Positions 1 to 12,084 of a stretch of 64,000 nucleotides of DNA are shown here, piece after piece. Source of the stretch: Thermoplasmata archaeon (GTDB taxonomy: Archaea; Thermoplasmatota; DTKX01; JAHFTX01); the NCBI GenBank assembly GCA_023265395.1, contig JAHFTX010000001.1:65897-129896 (forward strand). Direction: 5' to 3'. The notes beneath the pieces are model-generated. The model worked only from the letters and a program-made list of their open reading frames with translations, was not told where the DNA came from and searched no databases. Made by a program: the position numbers and the translations under genes. The first letter of the stretch is position 1, and each line of letters begins with the position of its first letter.

Positions 1-228
1 AAACTGGACGACGATGACATCGCAGCCGAGCCGCTCCCGCAGTGCCCGGATGTTGGCGCCCTTCTTGCCGACGGCCTTGCGGACGTTCCCGGGGTCCACG
101 ACGAATATGATCCGCGGGGGCGTCATGTCCTCCAGCACGAGCACATCACGTACGCGTGCTCGGGTGATCATCTCGAACAGGCGCATCAGGTTGAGCGCTT
201 CGATGTCAAAGCGACGCTCTTCTGCCAT
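1..228 (-). CDS. nusA: Transcription termination/antitermination factor NusA-like (archaeal, KH domains), 5' portion; runs off the window start
   Basis: Reverse-complement translation from ATG at 228 gives MAEERRFDIEALNLMRLFEMITRARVRDVLVLEDMTPPRIIFVVDPGNVRKAVGKKGANIRALRERLGCDVIVVQF. The GKKG KH-type motif fits. Position directly after rpl30e in the conserved rpoH-rpoB-rpoA'-rpoA''-L30e-NusA order. Not in the supplied ORF track because the stop lies outside the window. Confidence 0.8.
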   Translation of the reverse strand, partial: MAEERRFDIEALNLMRLFEMITRARVRDVLVLEDMTPPRIIFVVDPGNVRKAVGKKGANIRALRERLGCDVIVVQF

Positions 229-271
229 GCCCGAACGGCCCCCAGGAGTGCCACACCCGGGCCGAGGTGAC

Positions 272-544
272 TTACACGAGGTCGAGGATCGCGCTGTCGC
301 CTGCCTCAAGGACGGTCAAGGCTGCGACGCTGAAGGGTTTCCCGCACGCCGCGCCCAGCTCGACGTTCGTCCCCTCGAAATGGTAGACCCTCTTGAAGGA
401 GTCGAAGCGGTCCGCCCTGGGACAATTGCGTGCAACGATCACCAACTTTGCCTCTTCATCCTTGATTGCCTGCTCGGCCTGGCGGATGCCAAAGGCAATC
501 TTGCCGCTGCCGACGACATTGCGCAGTTCTCGGGTAAGGTCCAT
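272..544 (-). CDS. rpl30e: 50S ribosomal protein L30e
   Basis: 90 aa ORF; KIAFGIRQAEQAIKDEEAKLVIVARNCP and FEGTNVELGAACGKPFSVAALTVLEAG are the typical L30e/L7Ae-fold signature. Canonical position between rpoA'' and nusA. Confidence 0.9.
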   Translation of the reverse strand: MDLTRELRNVVGSGKIAFGIRQAEQAIKDEEAKLVIVARNCPRADRFDSFKRVYHFEGTNVELGAACGKPFSVAALTVLEAGDSAILDLV

Positions 545-564
545 GTGCGTGCCTCCGTTCGCTC

Positions 565-2007
<1,443 letters not shown>

Positions 2008-4764
2008 CTACTCCGTGCCGACCTCCGGCACGTCGAAGTCTTCCTCAGGAGAGAGCAGGTCGCTGTCGAAGGAGGCGAAGCTCAAGCCCAGGTCACGACG
2101 ATCTCCGACCTCAGGAGCGTAACCGATGACCTGCCGAAAGATGTCATCGAGGTCGACCGCTTCCCCCTGGACCGATCGTGTCGGGTCGACCCCGTCGTCC
2201 CCGTACCGGAACTGGATGATGACGTCTGAGGTGTTCCGGACCGTCCCATCGTACTTGACCTTGAGATCCTCGAGGGCGTTGATGAGCCGCCGTTGCATGT
2301 ATCCGGAGCGGCTGGTTCGCACCGCGGTGTCGACCAGGCCTTCGCGACCGCCCATCGAGTGGAAGAAGAATTCGGTGGGCTTGAGGCCGTTCTTGTAGGA
2401 ACTACGGACGAAGCCCTTGGCTCGCGCCCCGCGATCCCCCCAGCTGAAGTGCGGCAAAGTGCGATCCGCGTACCCGCGGGAGATGCGCTCCCCACGGACG
2501 GCCTGCTGGCCGATGCACCCTGCCATCTGGGACAGGTTGAGCATGCTGCCTCGAGCACCGCTCTTGGCCATGATCACCGCGAAGTTGGTCAATCCCATCT
2601 GGCGCCCAGCGATCTGGCCGGCCCCGTCACGGGCTTTGCCAAGTTCCCGCATGGCCAAGACCTCGAGGGTCTCCTCGATGGAACGACCAGGGTGGGGAGT
2701 AAGATTGCCTGCCCGGTACGTCTGGACCAGCTTGTCCACTTCCCGTTCAGCGGCATCCATCACGTCCTGGATCTCGTTGCGTGCGGATTCGGGGATATCT
2801 TCGTCATCGATCCCAGTCGTGAAGCCCCGCAGCATCATGGTACCGATCGCAAGACGGGTGAGGTTGTCGATGAACTGCCGGCCCGCCAGGGCACCACGGT
2901 CACGGACGATCTTGTCGAGAATCTGCCCCTTGAACGCGCCAATCCCCATCTCATCGATGGTGCCGGTCAGCAGCTGGCCGCTGCGGATATCGACCCATGC
3001 ATCGACACCGACTTCCACGTCGCAGCGTTCCTTGACACACTTGTCGCAGTGCACACAGACGCTTGCCTTGTAGGTCAGGTGGATGTCCCGGGGGATGATC
3101 ATGCTGAACAGCTGCTTTCCGGTCCAGAACTCACGGTCGAACTTGTCCCTTCCCGCCGCGGGAGGCAATTCGAGGTCGATGGCCAACCCGCTGAGTAGGG
3201 TGAAGGCCTCGTCCTTGGTGAAACGGGTCAGCTTGTGTGTGAGCAGGAAAGCCCCGGTGATGTGGTCGTGGATCGCGCCGATGACCGGTCCCCCGAAGCG
3301 GGGTGAGCGGATGTGCTCCTGCACGAGCATGAGGATCTTTGCCTCAGCCCGTGCCTCCTCGGATTGGAGGGCATGGAGGTTCATCTCATCCCCGTCGAAG
3401 TCTGCGTTGTAGGGGGGACAGACGGGCAGGTTCATGCGGAAGGTCTTGCCGGGCATCACCCGCACAAGATGTGCCATCATCGACATGCGGTGCAGGGAGG
3501 GCTGCCGATTGAAGAGGACCACATCATTCTCCACCAGGTGTCGTTCGACGACCCAACCGAAGTCGAGGTTGTCGGAGATCAGCTGCTTGTTCCGATCAGT
3601 GATCTTCAGGCGAGGGCCATCAGGTCGGATGACATAGTTTGCCCCCGGCCATGTCGAAGAGCCCTTCATCACCAACTCGCGGACATAGCCGACGTTGTAC
3701 TGGTTGACGCGCACCGGCACGGTCAACTCCATCGCGACTTCGACGGGGATGCCAACCTCGTTGATGGAGAGCAGGGGGTCGGGGCTGATCACGGTACGGG
3801 CACTGAAGTTCACCCGCTTGCCGCTGAGGTTCGAACGGAACCGGCCTTCCTTGCCCTTGAGTCGCTGGGCCAGCGTCTTGAGAGGACGGCCGCTGCGGTG
3901 GCGAGCCGGAGGGATGCCACTGGTCTGGTTGTCGAAGTAGGTCGTGATGTGGTACTGCAGCAGCTCCCACAGGTCCTCAACAATCAATTGAGGGGTTCCA
4001 GCGTCTCGGTTCTCCCGCAGCCGCTGGTTGATCCGCAAGACGTCGACCAGCTTGTGGGTCAGGTCATCTTCGGACCGGTCTCCGCTCTCGAGCGTGATAG
4101 AAGGGCGGACCGTCACGGGGGGAACCGGCAATGCAGTGAGGATCAGCCATTCGGGGCGGGCGACCTCGGGGTTCATCCCCAACGCTTCGAGGTCCTCATT
4201 GGGGATCCGCTCGAGGCGCTCACGGACTTCCTTGGGGGTCAGCTTGTGGCCGCCCTCGCGGAAGGTTGTTGGCTTGTCGAGGGTGATTCGGACCTGCTCC
4301 TCACCACAGTAGGGGCAGATCGTCGCCGTCGAGGTCCCCTTGGCGGTCTCCCGCAGGGTGTTCTCCGAATCGACGGCACCGTAGTCCGAGGACTCCTTGA
4401 GTTCCTCCATCATCCCACGGATACGAGCGGCATCCATCAGGATGCGACCACAGGCACGGCAGGTGCTCTGGAGCAACCGCTTGACGTGACGGACATAGCC
4501 GACGTGAATCACGGGCATGGCCAGATCGATGTGCCCAAAGTGTCCAGGGCATTCGTCGACCTTCTGTCCGCAGGTCTTGCAGCGTAGGCCAGGTTCGATG
4601 ACCCCCAGACGGCTGTCCATCAGCCCCATGTCGATGGGAAAGCCATCGTCATCATAGGTGTCGGCAGTGATGATCTTGGTGGCCGACATCGATCGAATCT
4701 CCTTGGGGGAGAGGAAGCCGAACCGAATCCCTTGGATGCGCTTTCCTACGCGGAATAGACTCAT
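2008..4764 (-). CDS. rpoA1: DNA-directed RNA polymerase subunit A'
   Basis: 918 aa; N-terminal zinc-binding [20 protein letters not shown], then the catalytic [10 protein letters not shown] motif. Start overlaps the rpoB stop by 4 nt (ATGA). Confidence 0.95.
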   Translation of the reverse strand: MSLFRVGKRIQGIRFGFLSPKEIRSMSATKIITADTYDDDGFPIDMGLMDSRLGVIEPGLRCKTCGQKVDECPGHFGHIDLAMPVIHVGYVRHVKRLLQSTCRACGRILMDAARIRGMMEELKESSDYGAVDSENTLRETAKGTSTATICPYCGEEQVRITLDKPTTFREGGHKLTPKEVRERLERIPNEDLEALGMNPEVARPEWLILTALPVPPVTVRPSITLESGDRSEDDLTHKLVDVLRINQRLRENRDAGTPQLIVEDLWELLQYHITTYFDNQTSGIPPARHRSGRPLKTLAQRLKGKEGRFRSNLSGKRVNFSARTVISPDPLLSINEVGIPVEVAMELTVPVRVNQYNVGYVRELVMKGSSTWPGANYVIRPDGPRLKITDRNKQLISDNLDFGWVVERHLVENDVVLFNRQPSLHRMSMMAHLVRVMPGKTFRMNLPVCPPYNADFDGDEMNLHALQSEEARAEAKILMLVQEHIRSPRFGGPVIGAIHDHITGAFLLTHKLTRFTKDEAFTLLSGLAIDLELPPAAGRDKFDREFWTGKQLFSMIIPRDIHLTYKASVCVHCDKCVKERCDVEVGVDAWVDIRSGQLLTGTIDEMGIGAFKGQILDKIVRDRGALAGRQFIDNLTRLAIGTMMLRGFTTGIDDEDIPESARNEIQDVMDAAEREVDKLVQTYRAGNLTPHPGRSIEETLEVLAMRELGKARDGAGQIAGRQMGLTNFAVIMAKSGARGSMLNLSQMAGCIGQQAVRGERISRGYADRTLPHFSWGDRGARAKGFVRSSYKNGLKPTEFFFHSMGGREGLVDTAVRTSRSGYMQRRLINALEDLKVKYDGTVRNTSDVIIQFRYGDDGVDPTRSVQGEAVDLDDIFRQVIGYAPEVGDRRDLGLSFASFDSDLLSPEEDFDVPEVGTE

Positions 4765-7700
4765 TTCATGTCCTCCAGTTGAAGGCGCATGGCGACACCA
4801 AGCGACATCAGCTCGTCGACGAGCAGCTTGAAAGCATAACTCGTTTGAATCGGGTAGATGTTCGTGTGGTCACCCTTGGTCGAGCACACCGGGCACTTGA
4901 GGAACCCGCGAGCATCCTGATAGGCGAAGTGGCCACAGGCTGCATCTGCGCAGACGTACTGGATCGTACCGTCCGATTCATCGAGCAGCTTGTCCTTGAT
5001 GACCATCGCCGCACCGTGCCCGATGAGGCAGTCGCGCTCCATCTCACCAAAGCGCAAGCCGCCTTGGCGAGCACGCCCCTCGGTAGGCTGTCGCGTGAGG
5101 ATTTGCACCGGGCCACGAGAGCGGACATGGAACTTTCCCGAGGCCATGTGGTGGAGCTTCTGGTAGTAGATCACCCCGATGAAGATCTCCGCCTCCATGA
5201 CCTTGCCCGTACGACCATCGAACATCACTTCCTTGCCCGTACTGGAGAACCCTGCTCGGACGAGGCCGTCACGCAGCGTAGACTCCCTCTCGCCGCTGAA
5301 TGCCGTCCCGTCGATGTTCCGCCCCTCGATCGAGCCGAGCTTGCCCCCAATCATCTCTAGGACGTGGGCAACGGTCATGCGGCTGGGGATCGCGTGGGGG
5401 TTGATCACGAGGTCGGGGAGCACGCCAGTGGCGGTAAACGGCAGGTCCTCGGGGTTGGCAATCAACCCGATGACCCCCTTTTGGCCGTGCCGAGAGGCGA
5501 ACTTGTCCCCCAATTCCGGCAGGCGCTCGTCGCGTACATGGACCTTGACCATGCGCGACCCGTTCTCGCTCTCGGTGAGCATGACGTTGTCCACCCATCC
5601 CCGCTCCCCAAGGCGGACCGTGATAGAGGTCTCCCGGCGCTTCTGGGGGGTGAGGAACTCTGGTTGCTCTTCGAGGAAGCGGGGGGGAGAAGTCTTGCCG
5701 ATGAGGACGTCGCCGGGTTGGACGTAGACCTCAGGAGCGATCAGCCCATCCTCGTCGAGGTGGCTATAGCTCGTGTCCGCACGCGCACCCCGGACGTCGG
5801 GGGAGGGGATCTCGAAGTGGTCCTCCTGACCACCCGGGTACCGGCGCTCCTCAGCCTTGTAGGTGCGAAGGAAGGAACTGCGGCCCAGGCCCCGTTCGAT
5901 GGAAGCACGATTGAACACCAGCGCATCCTCCATGTTGTAGCCTCGGTAGCTCATCACGGCAACGACGAAGTTGCATCCTGCAGGACGGCGCTGGAAGTTG
6001 ACGTACCGCATGTTCTCGGTCTGTACAAGCGGAACCTGGGGATAGTGCAGGACATGGCTTCGCGTGTCGGGCCGCAAGCGGAAGTTTGCGGAACCTAGGC
6101 CGAGGGATTGTTTAGCCATCGCAGCGCCCATCGTGATGCGGGGGCTGGCGTTGTGCTCGGGATAGGGGATCAGCCCGGCGCAAACCCCTAGGATCACCAT
6201 GGGATCGAGCTCCATGTGGGTGTGTTGGGGTGTGAGGTCTGATTCCTCGATGGCGATAAAGGCATTCTCCTCCTCGTCGGCGTCAAGCCATTCGACGATG
6301 CCCTCGAGCAGCAGATGATTTGACCGGATCTTTCCAGACCGAAGCTCGTCGACATGACGCTTGGTCAGCAGGATCCTGCCATTCTTGATGACGAGCAATG
6401 GCCGCCGCAGGCGACCAGCGTCACAGTTGATGTAGATGTCATTGGTGTCCTCGTGGAGGCGGACGTTCACCTCCGTGGAAAGCAGGCCTTGGCGCCGGCG
6501 CTCCTTTATCTCGGCGATCAACTCCTTCGAACGGTCGTACCCACCAACGAGGTTTCCGTTGATGAATACCCGCGTGGCTCCAATGTGGTCACCACGGACG
6601 TCCTTGAGCCCCATGTTCTTGAGGAGCCAGCGAACCTCTTCTTCTTCTATCCCTTCGGTGACATCGACGACGAGGGCGCAGTTCTTGACCAGGCCGCAGT
6701 TCTGACCCTCCGGGGTCTCGTTGGGACAGAGGCGCCCCCACTGAGTCGAGTGGAGGTCTCGCGCCTCGAAGTGCGGTTGCGAGCGGGTCAGCGGTGAGCT
6801 GATACGCCGCAAGTGCGAGACCGTGCTCATGTTACAGGTCCGATCGAGAAGTTGGGACACCCCGACCCGCCCGCCGACCCAGCTGCCGGTGGCGAGCGCG
6901 TGCATCAGCCGCTGCGTGAGGATGTCGGGACGAATCGCCGAGGCGATCTTGAGGTCGCGTCGGCGGGCGAACCCCCGCTCGAGCTGGTACTTGAGGTCCT
7001 TGCAGAGGTTGGTGAAGGCGACCCGGAAGAGATCTTCCATCAGGTCCCCAGCGAGCTTGAGGCGCTTGTTCGCATAGTGGTCCTTGTCATCGGGCTTCCG
7101 CTTGTTGAGGGAGAGCTCCAGCACGGTGCGGGCGACTCGACCAAGGAATATCGCCTTCTTGTATCGACTTTCCTTTGTATCACCAAGGTGGGGGAGCAAT
7201 GAGCGGTCGATGATGCTCTCGACCTTCTTGGTCCGATACTCCTTGGCTTGTCCCGAAGCGAACTTCTTCTCGAGGTAGAGGATTGCGTCCTCCGTGGTAA
7301 ATACGCCATGGGGCGGGTAGTTCTTCTCGTTCTGGACGTCCTCGATGTTGGCGTAGACGATGTTCGCCATGTTGGGGTCGCTGACGATGGCCTTGAAGAT
7401 GTCCTCGTCCTTCTCCATCCCGAGGACCTTCATGAGGATGATCAGTGGGATCTGCCCCGGTGCAGCTGGGACCGTGACCATCAGGCCGCCGTCGCGCTTC
7501 TTCTCGATGTACGTCAGGGCCCGGTAACCTTCCTTCTGGGAGAATACCTTCGCCACCTCGATGCGATGGCCGTACCGCTCCTCGAACTCGACCATCACCC
7601 GGTTGGGAGCAAGATCCTCAAGGGTGATCAACACCCGCTCCGTGCCGTTGATGGAGAAGTAGCCCCCCATGTCGAGGGGGTCCTCCTTGGCCTCGACCAG

Positions 7701-8228
7701 TTTGGCATCGTACTCTTCGTCTGTGAGCTCCGAATCCGCCTTGATGTTGTTGCGGTGGAGGTTGCATTTCTTGGAGCGGATCATGACGGGGAGGTCCCCG
7801 ATTCGGACCTTCTCGGGTTCCCGGTCGATGCCATTCTCGACGACGGTGAACTCCAGGTAGATGGGCGCCTTGTAGGTCAGGTTGCGCAATCGGGACTCCA
7901 TAGGGGTGAGTTCCTTCTCCGCCCCATTGGCCTCCTTTACCTTTGGCGTCCCGACCGAGATGGTGGGCCGGCTTCGCGGGTCGATCTGACCGGTGTTGGG
8001 ATCGCGGCGGCGGCCGACGAATACCTCGATCGTGTCCCGGCCAATCTTGTCCACCTCGAGCTTGATTACACCAGGCTCGCTGTTCTCATCGCCGACGCGA
8101 ACGTTGTCGACGATCCGCTGCATCCGGCTGTTGGGGTTGTCAGGGGTGGGCAGGAAGTCATTGAAGGAGGCGAGGTGGTGGTTGACGATGGACCGTTCCT
8201 TGAAGAAGGCTTCGACGAGCTCGCGCAT
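4761..8228 (-). CDS. rpoB: DNA-directed RNA polymerase subunit B (unsplit B'/B'')
   Basis: 1155 aa single ORF with the [12 protein letters not shown] motif and the C-terminal zinc ribbon [27 protein letters not shown]. Unsplit rpoB is a lineage marker (Thermoplasmatota and Crenarchaeota type). Confidence 0.95.
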   Translation of the reverse strand: MRELVEAFFKERSIVNHHLASFNDFLPTPDNPNSRMQRIVDNVRVGDENSEPGVIKLEVDKIGRDTIEVFVGRRRDPNTGQIDPRSRPTISVGTPKVKEANGAEKELTPMESRLRNLTYKAPIYLEFTVVENGIDREPEKVRIGDLPVMIRSKKCNLHRNNIKADSELTDEEYDAKLVEAKEDPLDMGGYFSINGTERVLITLEDLAPNRVMVEFEERYGHRIEVAKVFSQKEGYRALTYIEKKRDGGLMVTVPAAPGQIPLIILMKVLGMEKDEDIFKAIVSDPNMANIVYANIEDVQNEKNYPPHGVFTTEDAILYLEKKFASGQAKEYRTKKVESIIDRSLLPHLGDTKESRYKKAIFLGRVARTVLELSLNKRKPDDKDHYANKRLKLAGDLMEDLFRVAFTNLCKDLKYQLERGFARRRDLKIASAIRPDILTQRLMHALATGSWVGGRVGVSQLLDRTCNMSTVSHLRRISSPLTRSQPHFEARDLHSTQWGRLCPNETPEGQNCGLVKNCALVVDVTEGIEEEEVRWLLKNMGLKDVRGDHIGATRVFINGNLVGGYDRSKELIAEIKERRRQGLLSTEVNVRLHEDTNDIYINCDAGRLRRPLLVIKNGRILLTKRHVDELRSGKIRSNHLLLEGIVEWLDADEEENAFIAIEESDLTPQHTHMELDPMVILGVCAGLIPYPEHNASPRITMGAAMAKQSLGLGSANFRLRPDTRSHVLHYPQVPLVQTENMRYVNFQRRPAGCNFVVAVMSYRGYNMEDALVFNRASIERGLGRSSFLRTYKAEERRYPGGQEDHFEIPSPDVRGARADTSYSHLDEDGLIAPEVYVQPGDVLIGKTSPPRFLEEQPEFLTPQKRRETSITVRLGERGWVDNVMLTESENGSRMVKVHVRDERLPELGDKFASRHGQKGVIGLIANPEDLPFTATGVLPDLVINPHAIPSRMTVAHVLEMIGGKLGSIEGRNIDGTAFSGERESTLRDGLVRAGFSSTGKEVMFDGRTGKVMEAEIFIGVIYYQKLHHMASGKFHVRSRGPVQILTRQPTEGRARQGGLRFGEMERDCLIGHGAAMVIKDKLLDESDGTIQYVCADAACGHFAYQDARGFLKCPVCSTKGDHTNIYPIQTSYAFKLLVDELMSLGVAMRLQLEDMK

Positions 8229-8401
8229 GGTGGTACCTCAGTGTTCGACTATTGGCCGTTGGGGGTCGTTGGGGCGGATGCAAGCGGGCCCGCGCAGGAC
8301 CCGAGTGGGATTGGAAGGCCCAGGGGGCTTTGGGTGCTGGGGACGATCCAGCCGGGGCCGGATAGGGTAGAAGCTGGCCAACGAAAGGGGAGGGTCACTG
8401 C

Positions 8402-8638
8402 CTATCCCTCCACCACGACTCGGAAGGCGACAGATCGGCCCGAGGTCTCGCTTTCCCGGATGACCCGAACGATTCGTCCCTGCTCGATGATTCCGTGTTC
8501 GACCTCGAGAGCACGAATGCACGGGTCCGATCGGAGGATCTTGGGCAATTGGCTCTTGTCAACCTTGTAGGCGCTCAAGAGTTCGTTCTCCTCGTCCTCG
8601 CTGAGCAGCTCGTGCTCGGGTACGAGCATATGATCCAT
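8402..8638 (-). CDS. rpoH: DNA-directed RNA polymerase subunit H (Rpb5-like)
   Basis: 78 aa from internal ATG at 8638: MDHMLVPEHELLSEDEENELLSAYKVDKSQLPKILRSDPCIRALEVEHGIIEQGRIVRVIRESETSGRSVAFRVV. The LVPEH...LPKI...DP signature is typical of RpoH. The track ORF is extended to 8761 and would overlap the tRNA, so the shorter start is preferred. Confidence 0.85.
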   Translation of the reverse strand: MDHMLVPEHELLSEDEENELLSAYKVDKSQLPKILRSDPCIRALEVEHGIIEQGRIVRVIRESETSGRSVAFRVVVEG

Positions 8639-8709
8639 CAAGCGGAAGGTCACGGGTCTACCTCTGGCGCCTTTGACCGCCACGGGGTTGACGGAGGTGC
8701 CGCTCTCGA

Positions 8710-8870
8710 CGGGCCTGAAGGGATTCGAACCCTTGACTCTCTGGTTTCTTACGCTCTCCATTGGAGGGCGATAAAAGCCAGATGCTCTATCTAGGGAAGC
8801 TCAGTCGGAGACCGTGCGTCGCGCGGTCTCGTCCCGACCAGTCCGTCCTACCTAGCTGAGCTACAGGCCC
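8710..8870 (-). tRNA. tRNA-Lys (anticodon TTT) carrying two introns: a ~59-nt D-loop intron and a ~26-nt intron in the anticodon loop at position 37/38
   Basis: Minus-strand read: GGGCCTG TA GCTCAGCTAGGTAG [GACGGACTGGTCGGGACGAGACCGCGCGACGCACGGTCTCCGACTGAGCTTCCCTAGAT] AGAGC A TCTGG CTTTTA [TCGCCCTCCAATGGAGAGCGTAAGAA] A CCAGA GAGTC AAGGG TTCGAAT CCCTT CAGGCCC G. Perfect 7-bp acceptor stem, 5-bp anticodon stem (TCTGG/CCAGA), 5-bp T stem with GTTCGAATC loop, discriminator G. Exons sum to 76 nt. Intron boundaries are ambiguous by a few nt because of the CTAG repeats. Confidence 0.75.
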
Positions 8871-9051
8871 GGGAGGATTTCTCATAGCGGCATTCTCCAC
8901 CAACCGACTATTCGGCGGCGTATTTGGGGCGCGGCAAATCTTGCCTACGGTATTTGAACGTGACTGGGATGGTTTAAATAGGGTGCCCAAAAGGGTCTCT
9001 CGTCGGAGGGTGCTTGCACCCTGTCGGAGCCGGGGACGAGTGCGAGACGGG

Positions 9052-9414
9052 TTAGCTCTCGAAGATCTTCTTGAGCATCAAGAGGTCGCCAAGGTCCCCC
9101 TTGATCTTGAGTTTCCCAGTTGCGTAGGCCTTGATGGGCTTGAGCTCACGGGTGAGCAGGGCCGTGAGCGTCCGTGAATCGCTTAGGACCGTTATGGTCT
9201 GCGATCCGGTGGCATCGCCTCGCTGCAAGGCGGTGAGTTGATTGTCGACGAGACGAAAATGATAGAGTAGACCGCCTCCAAGATCGAGCCGCACAAGGCG
9301 TTCCTTGCCCGCAAGGTGATCGGCAAGGTTCGGGTCGGCAGCTACCCGTTGGTTGAACTCACCCATCGCCTTGAGCAAATGGCCCTCAAGGTCCTTGTCG
9401 GCGCTCTCTGGCAT
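9052..9414 (-). CDS. SCP2 sterol-binding-domain protein
   Basis: 120 aa; C-terminal IKAYATGKLKIKGDLGDLLMLKKIF is the characteristic SCP-2 sterol-transfer fold motif. A GGGTGC-TT-GCACCC hairpin lies just downstream (about 9001-9016). Confidence 0.75.
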   Translation of the reverse strand: MPESADKDLEGHLLKAMGEFNQRVAADPNLADHLAGKERLVRLDLGGGLLYHFRLVDNQLTALQRGDATGSQTITVLSDSRTLTALLTRELKPIKAYATGKLKIKGDLGDLLMLKKIFES

Positions 9415-9420
9415 GGAGAC

Positions 9421-10140
9421 TCACCCGCCAAACTCTTCGAGCCGTTGCTTCCCCACGGAGCGCAGGAGCCGGCGAGCCGTCTCCCACGTTGCACGGGTGT
9501 GGGGCGGCAGAACACCATGAGCCCTTATCCATCTTTCCATGAACGCGACTGTCCTCGGATCGGAAGGGTAGCCGCTCCCCATCGGACCGCAGCGCGGGTC
9601 TAACCGGCGAAGGTCCTCTTCGATGCGGGCGATCCGCTCATCCCGCCGGACCTTGGCGACGATTGATGCTGCGCTGACGGCGGGGTAGGTCGCATCAGCT
9701 CGATGTTCAGAGATCACTCGCGCAATGCGTGCCGAGACGGCGGCGACCCGCTCGTACACTTGCGACCCAAACCGGTCGGGATTGACATCGGCGGCATCGA
9801 GCTGCAGATCTACAGCCGAACCCTCCCATCGACCTAGGAGTGTCGCCGTGACGGTCGCGAACAATTGGACCTCGATCTGGTTCATCGTCATCGTCGCGCG
9901 CAAGCTGTCGATGTCCAGCGCAGGGAGTTCGACAACTTCAGAGTCGACGATTCGTTGTATCTTGTTGCAGAGGAAGGTCCGGCGTACTGGTGTGAGGGTC
10001 TTGCTGTCTGCTACACCAAGCTGCTGCAGTTCGCTCGGATCACGTACGAGGACAGCGGCAACCACGAGAGGGCCTAGGACCGGCCCTCGCCCAGCCTCGT
10101 CAACCCCCAGCACAGGCTGAACCCCGCGTGCGGAGGGCAT
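9421..10140 (-). CDS. rnhB: Ribonuclease HII
   Basis: 239 aa; N-terminal VLGVDEAGRGPVLGPLVVAAV catalytic motif of RNase HII. Confidence 0.9.
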   Translation of the reverse strand: MPSARGVQPVLGVDEAGRGPVLGPLVVAAVLVRDPSELQQLGVADSKTLTPVRRTFLCNKIQRIVDSEVVELPALDIDSLRATMTMNQIEVQLFATVTATLLGRWEGSAVDLQLDAADVNPDRFGSQVYERVAAVSARIARVISEHRADATYPAVSAASIVAKVRRDERIARIEEDLRRLDPRCGPMGSGYPSDPRTVAFMERWIRAHGVLPPHTRATWETARRLLRSVGKQRLEEFGG

Positions 10141-10156
10141 CAGGTTCCCTCGGTCT

Positions 10157-11551
10157 TCAGCACCGTCGGTCGATGGCTCCCTGGAGGGTCTGCCGGAACT
10201 CCTTCACCAGTCGTTCCAAGGTGGCAGCATCATGGGCCTCTGCGAAGATTCGTATCATTGGTTGCGTGTTGCTGCACCGCAGAAGGCCCCAGCCCCCCTG
10301 GCGGCTGACCTTCACCCCATCCGTCAAGTCGACGCGCTCACCTTGCCCCTCGTACAGCTCACGAAGGTCATCGATGACCTGGAACTTGATCGCATCGGGC
10401 ACGTTGACCGCCTGCTCGATAACAGGATAGCTTGGTATCGCGTCGACGAGGGCCGAGAGAGGGTCGCCCGTCTCTTCAAGCACTTCGACCAACTTGAGTG
10501 TGACCAAGAAGGGGTCATCGAAGATGTAGAACTGCGGGAGGAAGAAGTGCGCACTGATCTCCATCCCGAACACAGCCTTGTGTTCCTTCAGCGCCTCGCA
10601 GACGAACACGTCGCCTACCCGTGTGCGGATGACCTTGGCGCCCAATGGTTCGAGTTGCTCCTCGACGATCATCGAACAGGGGATGTTCACGAGCACGGGG
10701 CCCCGTTGTTCCTGGAGCAGATGGCGGGCGAGGATGATTCCGAGTTTTTCCGTCTGGACGGTCCTACCCTGGTCATCGACGATGACGACGCGATCGCCAT
10801 CACCGTCAAAGGCTGCACCGAACGCTGCCTTGGTGGCTCGAACCTCCGCCTCGAGCTCTTGGAGGACGCCGTCCTTGGGTTGCGAACCCCTCCCGGGGAA
10901 CCCTCCATCGATGGCCATATTCACTCCACTGACGGTGTGGCCGAAGTCCCTCAGCAATCGTGGCGCGATGAGGCCACCGGCACCATTGCCCGGATCGAGG
11001 GCGATCCGCAGAGGTTTCTGGTGAGGGAGCTTGCCCTGGAGGAACCCGACATAGGAGTCGATGACCTCCTCAGAGGGGGTGGTCTGCATCTTCCCCACGC
11101 GGTCCCAGGCCTTGCGCTCCATCCTCTCGTTGAAGAAGCGGGTCTTGATGGTCTCATTCTGGTGTGTGAAACCACTCCCGTCACCGTGACGGAAGCGTAT
11201 CCCATTGTAGGATGGGGGATTGTGCGAAGCGGTGATGTATGCACCGTTGTGGAACTTCCGATGCCACGTGTGGAAGTTCGCCAGCGGAATCGGGAGGGCC
11301 CCGACCGAGACGACATCGCACCCGCTCGAGGCCACCCCGGCTTGGAAAGCTGCCGAGAGCAGAGGGCTGCTCGTTCGCACATCCTGCCCGACGCTCACTC
11401 GTGATGAGCCCCCCAAGTAGGAACCGAAGACGAGGCCGACCTTGGCAGCGACATCGACCGTCAGGTCCTCGTTGAACACACCACGGATGTCATACGCCCG
11501 AAAGATGTCCTCCAGTGGCATGACGGATTCTCCTGGCGTCGTCAGCAGCAC
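10157..11551 (-). CDS. glmM: Phosphoglucosamine/phosphomannomutase family protein (archaeal GlmM/PMM)
   Basis: 464 aa; active-site GAYITASHNPPSYNGIRF (phosphoserine loop of the alpha-D-phosphohexomutase family) and a GDGDR metal-binding loop. Confidence 0.85.
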   Translation of the reverse strand: MLLTTPGESVMPLEDIFRAYDIRGVFNEDLTVDVAAKVGLVFGSYLGGSSRVSVGQDVRTSSPLLSAAFQAGVASSGCDVVSVGALPIPLANFHTWHRKFHNGAYITASHNPPSYNGIRFRHGDGSGFTHQNETIKTRFFNERMERKAWDRVGKMQTTPSEEVIDSYVGFLQGKLPHQKPLRIALDPGNGAGGLIAPRLLRDFGHTVSGVNMAIDGGFPGRGSQPKDGVLQELEAEVRATKAAFGAAFDGDGDRVVIVDDQGRTVQTEKLGIILARHLLQEQRGPVLVNIPCSMIVEEQLEPLGAKVIRTRVGDVFVCEALKEHKAVFGMEISAHFFLPQFYIFDDPFLVTLKLVEVLEETGDPLSALVDAIPSYPVIEQAVNVPDAIKFQVIDDLRELYEGQGERVDLTDGVKVSRQGGWGLLRCSNTQPMIRIFAEAHDAATLERLVKEFRQTLQGAIDRRC

Positions 11552-11572
11552 CGCACGAAACCAGCTTGCTGA

Positions 11573-12016
11573 CTAGCCACTAGTATTCACCAGCAGCATC
11601 CGGGAGCTCCCCTGATGTTCGACTTCGACGACCACCAGGTCCTTATCGAGATCGGCCAGCCCGGACATCAGATCCCGCAATCGATCACGCGGCACCTTGA
11701 GCTGGAGTTCCGAGAGCAAGGCCAGGATGTCCTGCTCCCCCAGGCGCGGGACTCGGCTGGAAGAACCGACGTTGTCGCGCCACGCCTCCCTGACGCGGGC
11801 GGCGAGCGGCTCGATGGCCGAGAGTCGGCACGGGGCGCTCTCGAGCACGCTCACTTGTACGGAGCGAGGGAACGATTCTGGGTCTTTCGAGAGACCGAAG
11901 TAGTGGGCAGCCGCTTGGATTGCCAACCTGCGCTGTTGCTTATTGACCATCGACGGCGCACCCCAGGCCTGCACGAGTGACGCGACTGCGACGACCCCGA
12001 AGTGCGATAAAGCCAT
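11573..12016 (-). CDS. Hypothetical protein (start taken at ATG 12016; the track ORF extends to 12121)
   Basis: 148 aa from MALSHFGVVAVASLVQAW...; no recognisable motif. Lies 21 nt upstream of glmM on the same strand. Confidence 0.4.
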   Translation of the reverse strand: MALSHFGVVAVASLVQAWGAPSMVNKQQRRLAIQAAAHYFGLSKDPESFPRSVQVSVLESAPCRLSAIEPLAARVREAWRDNVGSSSRVPRLGEQDILALLSELQLKVPRDRLRDLMSGLADLDKDLVVVEVEHQGSSRMLLVNTSG

Positions 12017-12084
12017 CGCACAGCGCTTTTCGTGCAGGGAACCCCTAGCCGATACTGACCTAGCAGGAGGGCGGCCTGACGCGA

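Noticed and set aside
3313-4587. 424-aa plus-strand ORF (and others at 2293..3198, 2417..3073)
   Set aside because: Antisense to rpoA'; a high-GC artefact.
7248-8570. 440-aa plus-strand ORF
   Set aside because: Antisense to rpoB and rpoH; no motifs.
10232-11404. 390-aa plus-strand ORF
   Set aside because: Antisense to glmM.
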